From Patescibacteria group bacterium (lineage in GTDB: Bacteria > Patescibacteriota > Patescibacteriia > Patescibacteriales > UBA12465): a stretch of DNA of 64,000 bases. The notes below the pieces were generated by a model that made no database searches, was not told the DNA's origin, and saw nothing but the letters and a program-made list of their open reading frames with translations. Positions within the stretch are counted from its first letter, which is position 1, and each line of letters opens with the position of its first letter. The stretch spans positions 29,126 through 93,125 of the forward strand of contig JBAZTY010000002.1 of NCBI GenBank assembly GCA_041661685.1, written 5' to 3'. The translations under genes were made by a program, and so were the position numbers. Below are positions 8,971 through 16,760 of this stretch, in pieces.

Positions 8971-9007
8971 TCGCGGCCAACGGCTTTAAAAAATAATCAT
9001 TCAAAAT

Positions 9008-9436
9008 ATGAACAAGAAATATCTCAAGCTCTCTATCCAAATAATTTTTATCCTACTAGTTCTCGTCCTGGCCGCCTATTTATTAAACAAAAGACTGGGC
9101 AACCGCCTGTTTGGTTCATGGATAGGCAATAACGCCCCGACTGCTAGTACCACTAAGGATATTATGACGGATAAAGAGAAGCTCTCTCTCGGGCTTTATC
9201 ATCTCGGTAACTTTGAGGTGATTTCCCGGAATGAATTAGGAGTACCCACTTCTTATATTCTTCTTGGGGTAGAAGAGCCGAAGCCTATAGCTACGGACAT
9301 TATGAGCGATGCCGATAAGATTAATAAAAGATTGGCCACTAGCACCAATATCCAAGTCTTGAAGAGAGACGATTCCGGTCGGATTGTCGAGTATCGGATT
9401 ATGAGAACCGCTACGGATACGATTGAAAAGTATTAG
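9008..9436 (+). CDS. Small N-terminally anchored protein, paralog A of 11449..11889
   Basis: 142 aa with a single N-terminal TM. Shares IMT(D/E)xEKxxLGL, FEV(I/V)SR(N/D), M(S/A)DADKI(N/R)(K/R)R(L/M)ATST(N/R)(I/V)QVL(K/E)RD(D/N)(S/A)G(R/E)I with the 146-aa paralog. Confidence 0.7.
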   Translation: MNKKYLKLSIQIIFILLVLVLAAYLLNKRLGNRLFGSWIGNNAPTASTTKDIMTDKEKLSLGLYHLGNFEVISRNELGVPTSYILLGVEEPKPIATDIMSDADKINKRLATSTNIQVLKRDDSGRIVEYRIMRTATDTIEKY

Positions 9437-9465
9437 AACAACAAGATTAATCAGATTTGATAAAT

Positions 9466-9493
9466 AAAAAACCTCTCTAAAAAGAGGTTTTTT
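9466..9493. terminator. Bidirectional intrinsic terminator between convergent genes
   Basis: Stem AACCTCT / AGAGGTT, flanked by an A-run on the 5' side and a T-run on the 3' side. Confidence 0.65.
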
Positions 9494-9526
9494 GTTAGCG
9501 GGATATTTTGGCGTTCGAATGCTAGA

Positions 9527-10030
9527 TTAATACGGGTTTTCTCGTAGCTTAAACTTGAAGGCGACGAGGCACGCGATTGGATGCAGAATATATGTGAGCA
9601 GAATGGCTAGAATGGCGAAGAGGGGTTCGATATAATGCAGGGATGTAAAAACTATTCCTAAAAGAAGCATATAGTCGCCATGATCGATAATCGGTAAAAA
9701 CTCTCCGCTTTTCAGATGCATTCGTCTCTTAATGAAGCTTCCGAGCAGGTTGCCGACGTAGACTATAACCGGGATGCTGGCCCAGATTATCGTTGCGGTT
9801 GCCGAGTATACAGCCAGGCTTATCGCCAGGCAGAATATTAGTCCGATGATATTTACTGAATCGCCTATCAGCCGTTCTCCGCGAAAATTAGTTTTGAAAT
9901 CGAGAGGATAATTAAGGTGCTTAAAGTCAGGCGCGTATCTCTTGACCACGTATAAAAGATTCAAAGAGATGTTGGCGCTCCAGGCGATGAAGAAATAGGT
10001 GAAGAAATTAGTAAATGTTAGAACTACCAT
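9527..10030 (-). CDS. CDP-archaeol synthase-like (CarS/DUF46-family) membrane protein
   Basis: 167 aa, about 5 TM. PLDFKTNFRGERLIGDSVNIIG and GNLLGSFIKRRMHLKSGEFLPIIDHGDY parallel the CarS motifs PxDxGxxxxDGxRxxGxxKTxxG and GDxxxSFxKRRxxxxxGxxxPxxDQxD, with several substitutions. Family assignment is from memory of the motif. Confidence 0.5.
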   Translation of the reverse strand: MVVLTFTNFFTYFFIAWSANISLNLLYVVKRYAPDFKHLNYPLDFKTNFRGERLIGDSVNIIGLIFCLAISLAVYSATATIIWASIPVIVYVGNLLGSFIKRRMHLKSGEFLPIIDHGDYMLLLGIVFTSLHYIEPLFAILAILLTYILHPIACLVAFKFKLRENPY

Positions 10031-11327
10031 AAAATATCGGGTTTATAAGCAGATAGTCGTTAAGGCCATTTTTAGTAAGCTCTCCGTTCAGGATGGTTAC
10101 TGTTTCCAGCAGACAAGGATTAAGGAGAATTCTCATATCTGTCTGCCATCTTTCTCCGTAGCCCGAAGAGGTTCCGTTTATTATCATGATGTTTTCCGTG
10201 GCCGCTAAGGCATTCTTGGCGAGAGGCTCTTTCGTAATTAGAGTAATGGAGAATTTAGGGCGCGGTTTACTTTTTGTGCAATTAATTCCCGGGGCGCCGA
10301 TCGGCAGATAACTGACGTTCTTACGGAGGCTCTTGGCTAATTGCCTGATGGATTGGGGCTGTTTGGTTATTAATATTTTTGTTTCTTGGCTCTGCTCATC
10401 GTAAAAATAGGCTTCGCTTCCCGCCGGTAACATTATAGAGGAATAGTCGCGGATTTCTCGGTTGCCGATGCCAAAGGCTTGCCAGCTCGCCATAAAAAAT
10501 AGGAAAAGCAGGAATAATATCCATGATTTTATTTTTTTTTCGCTGCCATAAAGAACCAGCGTATATAATAATATCAGAGCGGCGAGAGCGGCGATAGTCC
10601 CGCGGCCGCCGAGACTAAAAAAATTGATTGCTAGAAAAAACGCGCCTATTATCGGACCGATGATATAGTAATAATAAGCGAGCGGCGCTTTTTTCTCTCT
10701 CAGTATGAAAATAATGACAAAGATCAGGCTTATGATAGAGCCGCGATCGAATGCCCCTCCGTCTAGCGAGGTTTTAATTAAAGAAAAAGAGATTAGAGCA
10801 TAGCCGAAAATTAGAAATGCCTTTTGTCTTGTGCTCTTGTCATCCAGTAATTTTTTAAAAGAGGTCGTAAAATATAGCACCGCCTGCAGCAGCAGGATGA
10901 TTAGCAATAGGGATCCAAAAAGGAGAATCCAGCCGGGAATGATGCCTAAATAAGCGCCGCCAGCGTCGGTCATTGGGAATTTTATCTTGTCGAAATAGGA
11001 GAATATTTGGGCTATGGCCGCTTTAGCGATATGAGTATGCTGGAGGGATGAACAAGAAATTTCTCCATTACGGCCGGTCACAAAAAAAGTCGTCAACGGG
11101 AGCTTATTGGCGAGAACATGAAAAATATGAAGCCCTAGCCCGTAAAGATACATTATAAGCAGGCTAAGGCCGAACCATTTCCATTTTAGCGCCTTGAAGC
11201 TACGACCTCTCAGAGAAAGATAGAGGGTAATCAGAAACAAGAGATACAGGATAAAGAGGATGGTTTTTATCTCGCTGCGGCCGCCGGCAAAAATATTGAC
11301 GAATGAATGGATTATATCGAATAGCAT
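10008..11327 (-). CDS. Polytopic membrane protein with C-terminal soluble domain, unknown function
   Basis: 439 aa. About 8-9 hydrophobic helices in the first ~290 aa, then a ~150-aa hydrophilic domain. Its 3' end overlaps the start of the CarS-like gene by 23 nt, which suggests co-transcription. Confidence 0.65.
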   Translation of the reverse strand: MLFDIIHSFVNIFAGGRSEIKTILFILYLLFLITLYLSLRGRSFKALKWKWFGLSLLIMYLYGLGLHIFHVLANKLPLTTFFVTGRNGEISCSSLQHTHIAKAAIAQIFSYFDKIKFPMTDAGGAYLGIIPGWILLFGSLLLIILLLQAVLYFTTSFKKLLDDKSTRQKAFLIFGYALISFSLIKTSLDGGAFDRGSIISLIFVIIFILREKKAPLAYYYYIIGPIIGAFFLAINFFSLGGRGTIAALAALILLYTLVLYGSEKKIKSWILFLLFLFFMASWQAFGIGNREIRDYSSIMLPAGSEAYFYDEQSQETKILITKQPQSIRQLAKSLRKNVSYLPIGAPGINCTKSKPRPKFSITLITKEPLAKNALAATENIMIINGTSSGYGERWQTDMRILLNPCLLETVTILNGELTKNGLNDYLLINPIFYGSSNIY

Positions 11328-11375
11328 AATTTATTATAATATTATCACATCCTCGGGTATTTACAAAAAATAACA

Positions 11376-11404
11376 TTGTCGGTTCAAGGATTTGATGGTA
11401 TAAT
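11376..11404 (+). promoter_or_regulatory. Extended -10 promoter (copy 2 of the duplicated promoter)
   Basis: TTGTCG (11376-11381), 17 nt, TGgTATAAT (-10 at 11399-11404). Matches 8225-8262 at 28 of 38 positions. Confidence 0.6.
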
Positions 11405-11448
11405 CTCGTTATAATCCAATCTTCTAAAAAAGTATTTAATTTAAAAAT

Positions 11449-11889
11449 ATGAACAGAAGAATCATCAAGCTGTTGGTTATCCTGGTTTTATTGCTGTTTC
11501 TTTTAGTTTTAGGTTTTTATTCTTTTAGTTATTTTAAAGCTCAGAAGCTCGTTAATAGTCAAGCTGCCAATGAGGCCGTGATGATGCCAGCTGGGGCCAA
11601 CGCCTCGACCGAGATAATGACTGAGGCTGAGAAAAAAGCCCTCGGTCTTAATCTGAGAGTTAGTTTTGAAGTCGTTTCTAGAGATAACGATGGGCGGGTA
11701 GCTTCCTATAAGAGCGTTGGCGCAATTGCGGCGCAGCCTGTTGGCTTGGAGTGGATGGCTGATGCCGACAAGATTCGGCGGCGTATGGCGACCAGCACGA
11801 GAGTCCAGGTTTTAGAGAGAGATAACGCCGGAGAAATAACGGCTTTCAAGATAATCCAGAGCGACGCGGATATAGTGCAAGCCTATTAG
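11449..11889 (+). CDS. Small N-terminally anchored protein, paralog B of 9008..9436
   Basis: 146 aa. Same architecture and conserved blocks as paralog A. Confidence 0.7.
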   Translation: MNRRIIKLLVILVLLLFLLVLGFYSFSYFKAQKLVNSQAANEAVMMPAGANASTEIMTEAEKKALGLNLRVSFEVVSRDNDGRVASYKSVGAIAAQPVGLEWMADADKIRRRMATSTRVQVLERDNAGEITAFKIIQSDADIVQAY

Positions 11890-11938
11890 ATCTTTGGCTT
11901 CAATAAAATATTTTAGAAAATGAAAAGGAGCTGAATAT

Positions 11939-12241
11939 TTATTTCAGCCCCTGTTTTAATAACTTTAATTGAATTAAAATTTTTTCGCCGCTTTTCTTCT
12001 GGCGACATAATTTGCAATGATTGATCTTAAAATAATAATTCTTAAGATCTTCATCGCCAGCAAGAATTATTTCCGGAAAAGCTCCTAATATTCCCATGGT
12101 CCTAATGAACGCTTGTGCGCTGTTTAGGGGTATTTCGGAAATATGGCCGCAATCGCAACGATAACGGCTGACGCTCGTTATCAGCTTAAATGGGGCCAAG
12201 AGCTCTGGTTCGATAGAACCGTCTTCTTGTGCTTGATTCAA
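11939..12241 (-). CDS. Hypothetical protein with split CxC...CxxC motif
   Basis: 100 aa. RYRCDCGH ... HCKLCRQ could form a 4-Cys metal site. Last gene of a four-gene minus-strand operon. Confidence 0.5.
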   Translation of the reverse strand: MNQAQEDGSIEPELLAPFKLITSVSRYRCDCGHISEIPLNSAQAFIRTMGILGAFPEIILAGDEDLKNYYFKINHCKLCRQKKSGEKILIQLKLLKQGLK

Positions 12242-12278
12242 TTTTTAGTTTTTAAGGTGGATACTAATAACTTTTATA

Positions 12279-12968
12279 TTATCTATTTTGGTAATTTTCT
12301 ATCAAAGCCTGGGTGATCATTTCTGAGAATTTTTCTATTTTTTCATCAAAGAAATTCTTATCGAAATTTTCATTATTTTGGCTCGGATCATACTTTTCTC
12401 GGTCGTATTGGCCGACGCTTATTAAGACGTCAGCCCGAGCCGTATTTTTATTGGAATTTCCAGTTAGATCTATGGTAGCCATGGCTAATTCCTGGCCGTT
12501 CTCTTTGTCATATAATTTAAAGAAACCATCGACGCCATGGACGACATCGAGATGGGTTCCGCCGGTAGCGGTAAAGAATTTCAGAATATACTTGTCTTCA
12601 AAACGCTCTTTCACCTTCTTGTATAGAGCGCCACTGAAAAATCGGCTCGGTCTTTCGGGGTTTCCTAGTTGAGACTGTTCTACTAGCTTTACAGAATTCT
12701 TATAATCAATATACTTATGCTTGTCCGCTAGATCTAGGGCGTTTTCGAATTCTTTCTGGGCAGCCTCTTTAATCATCATTCTGCGTTCAAACTGATTTTC
12801 CGAGGAAATAGCCTTCACTTCATTCTCTTTGTGTAAAAAATCGTAAGCTAATTCTTTATACTTGACGCCGTCAACCTCGCCGATAAATTCTGACTCTAAA
12901 CGCGTCCCGGTATTTTCCGGGGAAGAGCAGCCCCTTTCTATCTTATTAATGGCGAAACTGTTGAACAT
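12279..12968 (-). CDS. Hypothetical protein
   Basis: 229 aa with no motif I recognise. Its start lies 1 nt from the lspA stop, which suggests co-transcription. Confidence 0.55.
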   Translation of the reverse strand: MFNSFAINKIERGCSSPENTGTRLESEFIGEVDGVKYKELAYDFLHKENEVKAISSENQFERRMMIKEAAQKEFENALDLADKHKYIDYKNSVKLVEQSQLGNPERPSRFFSGALYKKVKERFEDKYILKFFTATGGTHLDVVHGVDGFFKLYDKENGQELAMATIDLTGNSNKNTARADVLISVGQYDREKYDPSQNNENFDKNFFDEKIEKFSEMITQALIENYQNR

Positions 12969-12969
12969 A

Positions 12970-13464
12970 TTATTTTTCAGCTTTTAGAGTCTTTATGATT
13001 AAAATTACCACCCCTAGACTTATCATAGCGTCAGCTAGGTTAAAGACTGTAAAATAACGGAGCTCTAAATAGTCGACGACATAGCCGTAAACCAGTCTAT
13101 CTTGTATATTACTTATAGCACCAAATAATATAATTGTCAATATAATAATAGTGTTTTTGCGCTCAGATAGGCCTAAATTTTGACTTTTTTTGCTTAATAT
13201 TAAATAAAAAATATAATAAATCAGGCCGAATATTATTAAAATTACAGTAATATTTAATAAAATACCGCTAAAAGGCAGAGAAAATGAGATATAGGGGTTG
13301 GGGGTGAAGCGAAAAACGAACCAGTCGCCGATCAGTTTAAAATAAGTTTCTGAATCAAGGCCTTGAGCTAATATTTTTAGGTAACGGTCGGTCATAAAAA
13401 ATATAGCTATACCAAAGGAAATAGCTATATTTTGGAGCTTTATTTTTGAGATCAGTTTATTCAT
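12970..13464 (-). CDS. lspA: Lipoprotein signal peptidase (signal peptidase II)
   Basis: 164 aa, 4 TM. VVDYLELRYFTVFNLADAMISLGVVILI carries the conserved FN(L/I)AD motif. Confidence 0.8.
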   Translation of the reverse strand: MNKLISKIKLQNIAISFGIAIFFMTDRYLKILAQGLDSETYFKLIGDWFVFRFTPNPYISFSLPFSGILLNITVILIIFGLIYYIFYLILSKKSQNLGLSERKNTIIILTIILFGAISNIQDRLVYGYVVDYLELRYFTVFNLADAMISLGVVILIIKTLKAEK

Positions 13465-13864
13465 TTTCTTGAAGCTCGGTCTTGCAGTTAACGCAAGAAT
13501 TAGCTGTCGGGCGCGCTAAGAGGCGCTTAGGCGCAATCGGGTTGCCACAGTATTTGCAGGTTCCGTAAGTGCCGTCCTTGATGCGTCCCAGAGTCTTATC
13601 AATATCCTCCAGGCTCTTTTCTAGAACCTTTTCAGTCATGATATCAGTAGAATAATCAGTGATTTCCTGAGCGTTTTCATCCGGCTTATCCCCATATTCC
13701 GGGAATTTAGCGTTCAGATCGTCAGCCTCATGAGAATCTTGGCGGGATAGGCCGCTCAAGTCATCCACAATCGTTTTTCTCTTGGCTAAGAGCTGAGTTT
13801 CTATCTCTTTGATTGTCTTAGCGTCTAGTTCTTTGTCCATATTAGTATAAATTAAAAAAGCCAT
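13457..13864 (-). CDS. DksA/TraR-family C4 zinc-finger protein
   Basis: 135 aa. C-terminal GTYGTCKYCGNPIAPKRLLARPTANSCVNCK (CxxC-17-CxxC). Acidic coiled N-terminal half. Confidence 0.75.
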   Translation of the reverse strand: MAFLIYTNMDKELDAKTIKEIETQLLAKRKTIVDDLSGLSRQDSHEADDLNAKFPEYGDKPDENAQEITDYSTDIMTEKVLEKSLEDIDKTLGRIKDGTYGTCKYCGNPIAPKRLLARPTANSCVNCKTELQENE

Positions 13865-13951
13865 CTAATAGCCATTTTTACTGATTTAATTATAGCGAAT
13901 ATTGCTAGTTCTGGCAAGGTTTTTCGGGGTTTTAGCAGATTGGTTGGAGTT

Positions 13952-13980
13952 TTGACAAGATGAAATCTTTTTGCTATGAT
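13952..13980 (+). promoter_or_regulatory. Sigma70 promoter for tRNA-Asp
   Basis: TTGACA (13952-13957), 17 nt, TGcTATGAT (-10 at 13975-13980). Confidence 0.65.
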
Positions 13981-14021
13981 TTTCCTGTGGCTGAATGAAA
14001 ATGGCCATTTTTTAAGACCTT

Positions 14022-14095
14022 GGAGTGGTAGCTCAGTTGGTTAGAGCGTCTGCCTGTCACGCAGAAGGTCGCGGGTTCGAGCCCCGTCCATTCCG
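14022..14095 (+). tRNA. tRNA-Asp (anticodon GTC)
   Basis: Acceptor GGAGTGG/CCATTCC (one G.T pair). Anticodon arm TCTGC-CTGTCAC-GCAGA. T-arm GCGGG-TTCGAGC-CCCGT. Confidence 0.9.
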
Positions 14096-14102
14096 CTAAT
14101 AA

Positions 14103-14138
14103 AATAAACCTGCCCTGCGGCAGGTTTATTTTATTTTT
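14103..14138 (+). terminator. Intrinsic terminator after tRNA-Asp
   Basis: 12-bp stem AATAAACCTGCC / GGCAGGTTTATT, loop CTGC, T-rich tail. Confidence 0.8.
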
Positions 14139-14252
14139 GTTGAAAAGGGCGGGGCGAGAAAGGCGAAGGCGATGCGCACTCGTGCGCCGCCGAGCCCGGG
14201 TAGTGAGACTTTATACTACTTGACGCTTTACTTGTCTACCAGCTTCATTTTG

Positions 14253-14277
14253 AACTAGTTCCATTTTGGAACTAGTT
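14253..14277. terminator. Hairpin downstream of the 14316 gene (possible terminator or binding site)
   Basis: 10-bp stem AACTAGTTCC / GGAACTAGTT with 5-nt loop. It can also be read as two copies of the palindrome AACTAGTT in a CATTTTG(G)AACTAGTT direct repeat. There is no clean U-run. Confidence 0.4.
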
Positions 14278-14315
14278 GCTTTCTTGGATAATTCCCTTTC
14301 TTTAAGTAATATTAT

Positions 14316-14945
14316 CTATGAATAATGTTCAACAAAATTTTTAAAATTATCTACATCATTTTTAGAACCTAGTACATGAATTTGTTCTGGTTCGAATACG
14401 CCAATTTGAGTTTGGAACGACCATCCATTTTCAGTCCTTTCGTCAATGTCTGGAACATTTAAAACAATAAATCCATCCCCTTTATAATTTGATATTTGTT
14501 GATATGTTTCTTTTATTAAATCATATTCAGATAATTCTTTATAATCATCTAAATCTAATCTTAATGGATTTTTTAAATTAATTAAGCTAGAGATAGTTTC
14601 TCTTGCCCCAGTTTTATTATCATTAAAGCTTCTTGTTTTTCCATAAGTATCAGCTAATCCCTTATCTGGTGTAAAAAATATACCAAGAGCAGATATTACA
14701 TCCTCATTATAATCTGGATTCATTGATTTTTCTTTTTTTAAAAAAATAGCCTCTTTTTGTTTTCCATGATAAACAATATCTTTTAACTCACTTTCAGGAA
14801 ATATTGTATCTAAATATTCAGAATATTGTTCCTTTGTCCCAATTTGTACAAGTTCCGGGTTTTGTTCAAAAACAAAATCAACCCCTTCTTTCATCCTAGG
14901 TTTTTCTATCTTGTTTTCTGAAGTTATGTTGGAAAATTTTTCCAT
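14316..14945 (-). CDS. Hypothetical protein in very AT-rich islet; possible H-Y-E type ADP-ribosyltransferase-like fold
   Basis: 209 aa. Visibly much lower GC and almost no CpG compared with its neighbours. Motifs QYSEYLDTIFPESELKDIVYHGKQ, GIFFTPDKGLADTYG and QIGVFEPEQIHVLGSKNDVDNFKNFV resemble a domain I recall from phage/conjugative-element polyvalent proteins. The assignment is tentative. Confidence 0.55.
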   Translation of the reverse strand: MEKFSNITSENKIEKPRMKEGVDFVFEQNPELVQIGTKEQYSEYLDTIFPESELKDIVYHGKQKEAIFLKKEKSMNPDYNEDVISALGIFFTPDKGLADTYGKTRSFNDNKTGARETISSLINLKNPLRLDLDDYKELSEYDLIKETYQQISNYKGDGFIVLNVPDIDERTENGWSFQTQIGVFEPEQIHVLGSKNDVDNFKNFVEHYS

Positions 14946-15017
14946 ATTAGGGATGATTAAATTTTAAATCTTAATAACATAAAAAATAACGATTTTATAG
15001 CCGCTATTTTTTGTTTG

Positions 15018-15089
15018 TGCCCCCAGGGGGAATCGAACCCTCATCTTGAGCTCCGGAAGCTCACGTTCTATCCGTTGAACTATGGAGAC
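15018..15089 (-). tRNA. tRNA-Arg (anticodon CCG)
   Basis: Reverse strand. Acceptor GTCTCCA/TGGGGGC (two G.U pairs). D-arm GTTC-AACGGATA-GAAC. Anticodon arm TGAGC-TTCCGGA-GCTCA. T-loop TTCGATT (the T-stem has one A.C mismatch). 72 nt. Confidence 0.8.
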
Positions 15090-15104
15090 GCATCAGCTGA
15101 ATTT

Positions 15105-16631
15105 TTAGAAAACAGCTTGCCCTTCCATCTCTTTCGGCTTCTTGATGTCCATTATCTTTAAGACCGTTGGGGCGATATCCTGCAGGCCGATATCTTTCTT
15201 AATCCTTATTTTCTTCAGCTCCTGGTCACCCGAGACTATTATCAGCGGGACGGGATTAATGGTGTGGCTAGTAGCGAATTTAGGCGTCTTATCTTCAGCA
15301 TTGCCGTGATCGGCAAATATCAGACTCGTATAGCCATTAGCTAACCCGGCGGTTACTATTTCTCCGGTAGCCTTATCGACAGCCTCCAGCCCCTTGATTA
15401 TAGCCGTGGCCTTACCGGTATGCCCGACCATATCGCCATTGACTAGGTTAACGACCGCAAAATCATATTTTTTCTTTTTTAATTCTGCGACTAAGCGCCT
15501 GGCGATAGCTGGTGCGCTCATTTCCGGCTTGAGATCATAGGTCGCGACACGCGGAGACTTTATCAATATTCGTTCTTCTCCAGTATATGGAGTCTCTTTC
15601 TGCCCGTTGAAGAAGAAGGTTACATGGGCATATTTTTCGGTCTCGCTGATGCGCAGCTGCTTATATTTATGATTGGATATGACTTCGCCGAGCAGATTTT
15701 TAAGAGCGATGTCGGGAAAAGCGGCCGGCGCTTCCATCGGCCGGTAATATTCGGTCATGGCGACAAATTTTACATTAAGTTTTTTTCGCTTAAAGCCGAT
15801 AAACTTATTTTCGACGATAGCTTGGGTTAATTGTCTCGGCCTATCGGTGCGGAAGTTGAAAAAGATGACGCCATCATTCTTTTGGAATCCTTCATATCCG
15901 CAGTCGTGTCCCGGTTTTATGAATTCATCCCCGACTCCTTGGCTATGAGATTGTTTTATATAAGAAAAGGCGGACGAGAAAGCTTCTCCCTGGCCGAGAG
16001 CGATGCAATCATAAGCCAGCTTAGTGCGATTCCAGCGCTTATCCCGATCCATGGCATAATAACGGCCGCTGACAGTAGCGATTTTGCCAAAGCCGACCGA
16101 TTTTAATTTTTTCTCTAAAGCTTTGAGATGTTTTAGACTCTCGGTTATCGGCGCGTCGCGGCCATCGGTGATGACGTGGATAAGGACATTCTTGAATCTT
16201 TTTTTTGCGCATAGATCAAGCAAAGCGAAAAGATGCTTGATGTGGCTGTGGACGCCTTGATTTTGGAGTAAGCCGATGAGGTGAAGGGAAGTGTTCTTCT
16301 TTTTGCAGCTGTCGATGACGTCCAAGAATACCGTATTCTTGAAGAATTTTCCAGTAGCGATTGCGGCATCGATGCGCATCATAGTCTGAAAGATGATGCG
16401 GCCGCTGCCGATAGTGATATGGCCCACTTCTGAGTTTCCTTGATAGCCGGCCGGAAGGCCGACGGCTGGACCGCTGCATTGTAATAGGCCGTGCGGATAA
16501 TTCTTCCAATAGTAATCATTATTCTTGACGTCGGCCTGAGCGATAGCGTTCTTATCCTTATTGGCTCGATAGCCCCAGCCGTCTCTGATTATTAGTATGA
16601 CCGGATTTTTAGCTTTCATATCTTGTATCAA
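15105..16631 (-). CDS. gpmI: 2,3-bisphosphoglycerate-independent phosphoglycerate mutase
   Basis: 508 aa. NPVILIIRDGWG, GNSEVGH, VITDGRD and ADHGNAE motifs of iPGM. Confidence 0.9.
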   Translation of the reverse strand: MIQDMKAKNPVILIIRDGWGYRANKDKNAIAQADVKNNDYYWKNYPHGLLQCSGPAVGLPAGYQGNSEVGHITIGSGRIIFQTMMRIDAAIATGKFFKNTVFLDVIDSCKKKNTSLHLIGLLQNQGVHSHIKHLFALLDLCAKKRFKNVLIHVITDGRDAPITESLKHLKALEKKLKSVGFGKIATVSGRYYAMDRDKRWNRTKLAYDCIALGQGEAFSSAFSYIKQSHSQGVGDEFIKPGHDCGYEGFQKNDGVIFFNFRTDRPRQLTQAIVENKFIGFKRKKLNVKFVAMTEYYRPMEAPAAFPDIALKNLLGEVISNHKYKQLRISETEKYAHVTFFFNGQKETPYTGEERILIKSPRVATYDLKPEMSAPAIARRLVAELKKKKYDFAVVNLVNGDMVGHTGKATAIIKGLEAVDKATGEIVTAGLANGYTSLIFADHGNAEDKTPKFATSHTINPVPLIIVSGDQELKKIRIKKDIGLQDIAPTVLKIMDIKKPKEMEGQAVF

Positions 16632-16697
16632 TTAATTCTTTTATCCATTTAATAAAATTATATGTTAATAAGGCTTGATTTACAAGGGCGACCCTAG

Positions 16698-16758
16698 TTG
16701 ACAGAATATCTCGATTAGACTATAATATATTACGTTTACCAACCGCTCGGTCGGTAAA
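16698..16758 (+). promoter_or_regulatory. TetR gene promoter plus palindromic operator
   Basis: TTGACA (16698-16703), 17 nt, TATAAT (16721-16726). The inverted repeat TTTACCAACCG-CT-CGGTCGGTAAA (16735-16758, 1 mismatch) follows, directly before the ATG at 16761. Confidence 0.65.
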
Positions 16759-16760
16759 AG

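Noticed and set aside
8359-8989. Two long ORFs (196 aa on the minus strand, 133 aa on the plus strand) overlapping the Cys/Asp-rich gene
   Set aside because: They are by-products of the repetitive GAY/TGY codon pattern. Only the 8287..8970 frame has an N-terminal signal/anchor, a matching promoter and a sensible operon position.
10008-11327. The 439-aa polytopic protein as an exosortase/archaeosortase (ISCSSL resembling the CSG active-site motif), next to the CarS-like gene
   Set aside because: The resemblance rests on a few residues. The conserved Arg/His context could not be identified. No neighbouring protein has a C-terminal sorting signal.
14147-14200. Isolated GC-rich 55-nt patch (GGGCGGGGCGAGAAAGGCGAAGGCGATGCGCACTCGTGCGCCGCCGAGCCCGGG) as a tRNA remnant or att core
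   Set aside because: Only a 7-nt CGAGCCC match to the tRNA-Asp T-arm and one local hairpin are present, with no cloverleaf. The evidence is insufficient, so I mention it only as context for the islet.
16145-16509. Antisense or alternative-frame ORFs inside gpmI, with similar cases inside comM, smc, the RND genes, pilB, glyQS, argS and the 1146-aa gene
   Set aside because: All are nested in strongly supported genes, short, and without motifs. They are typical shadow ORFs.
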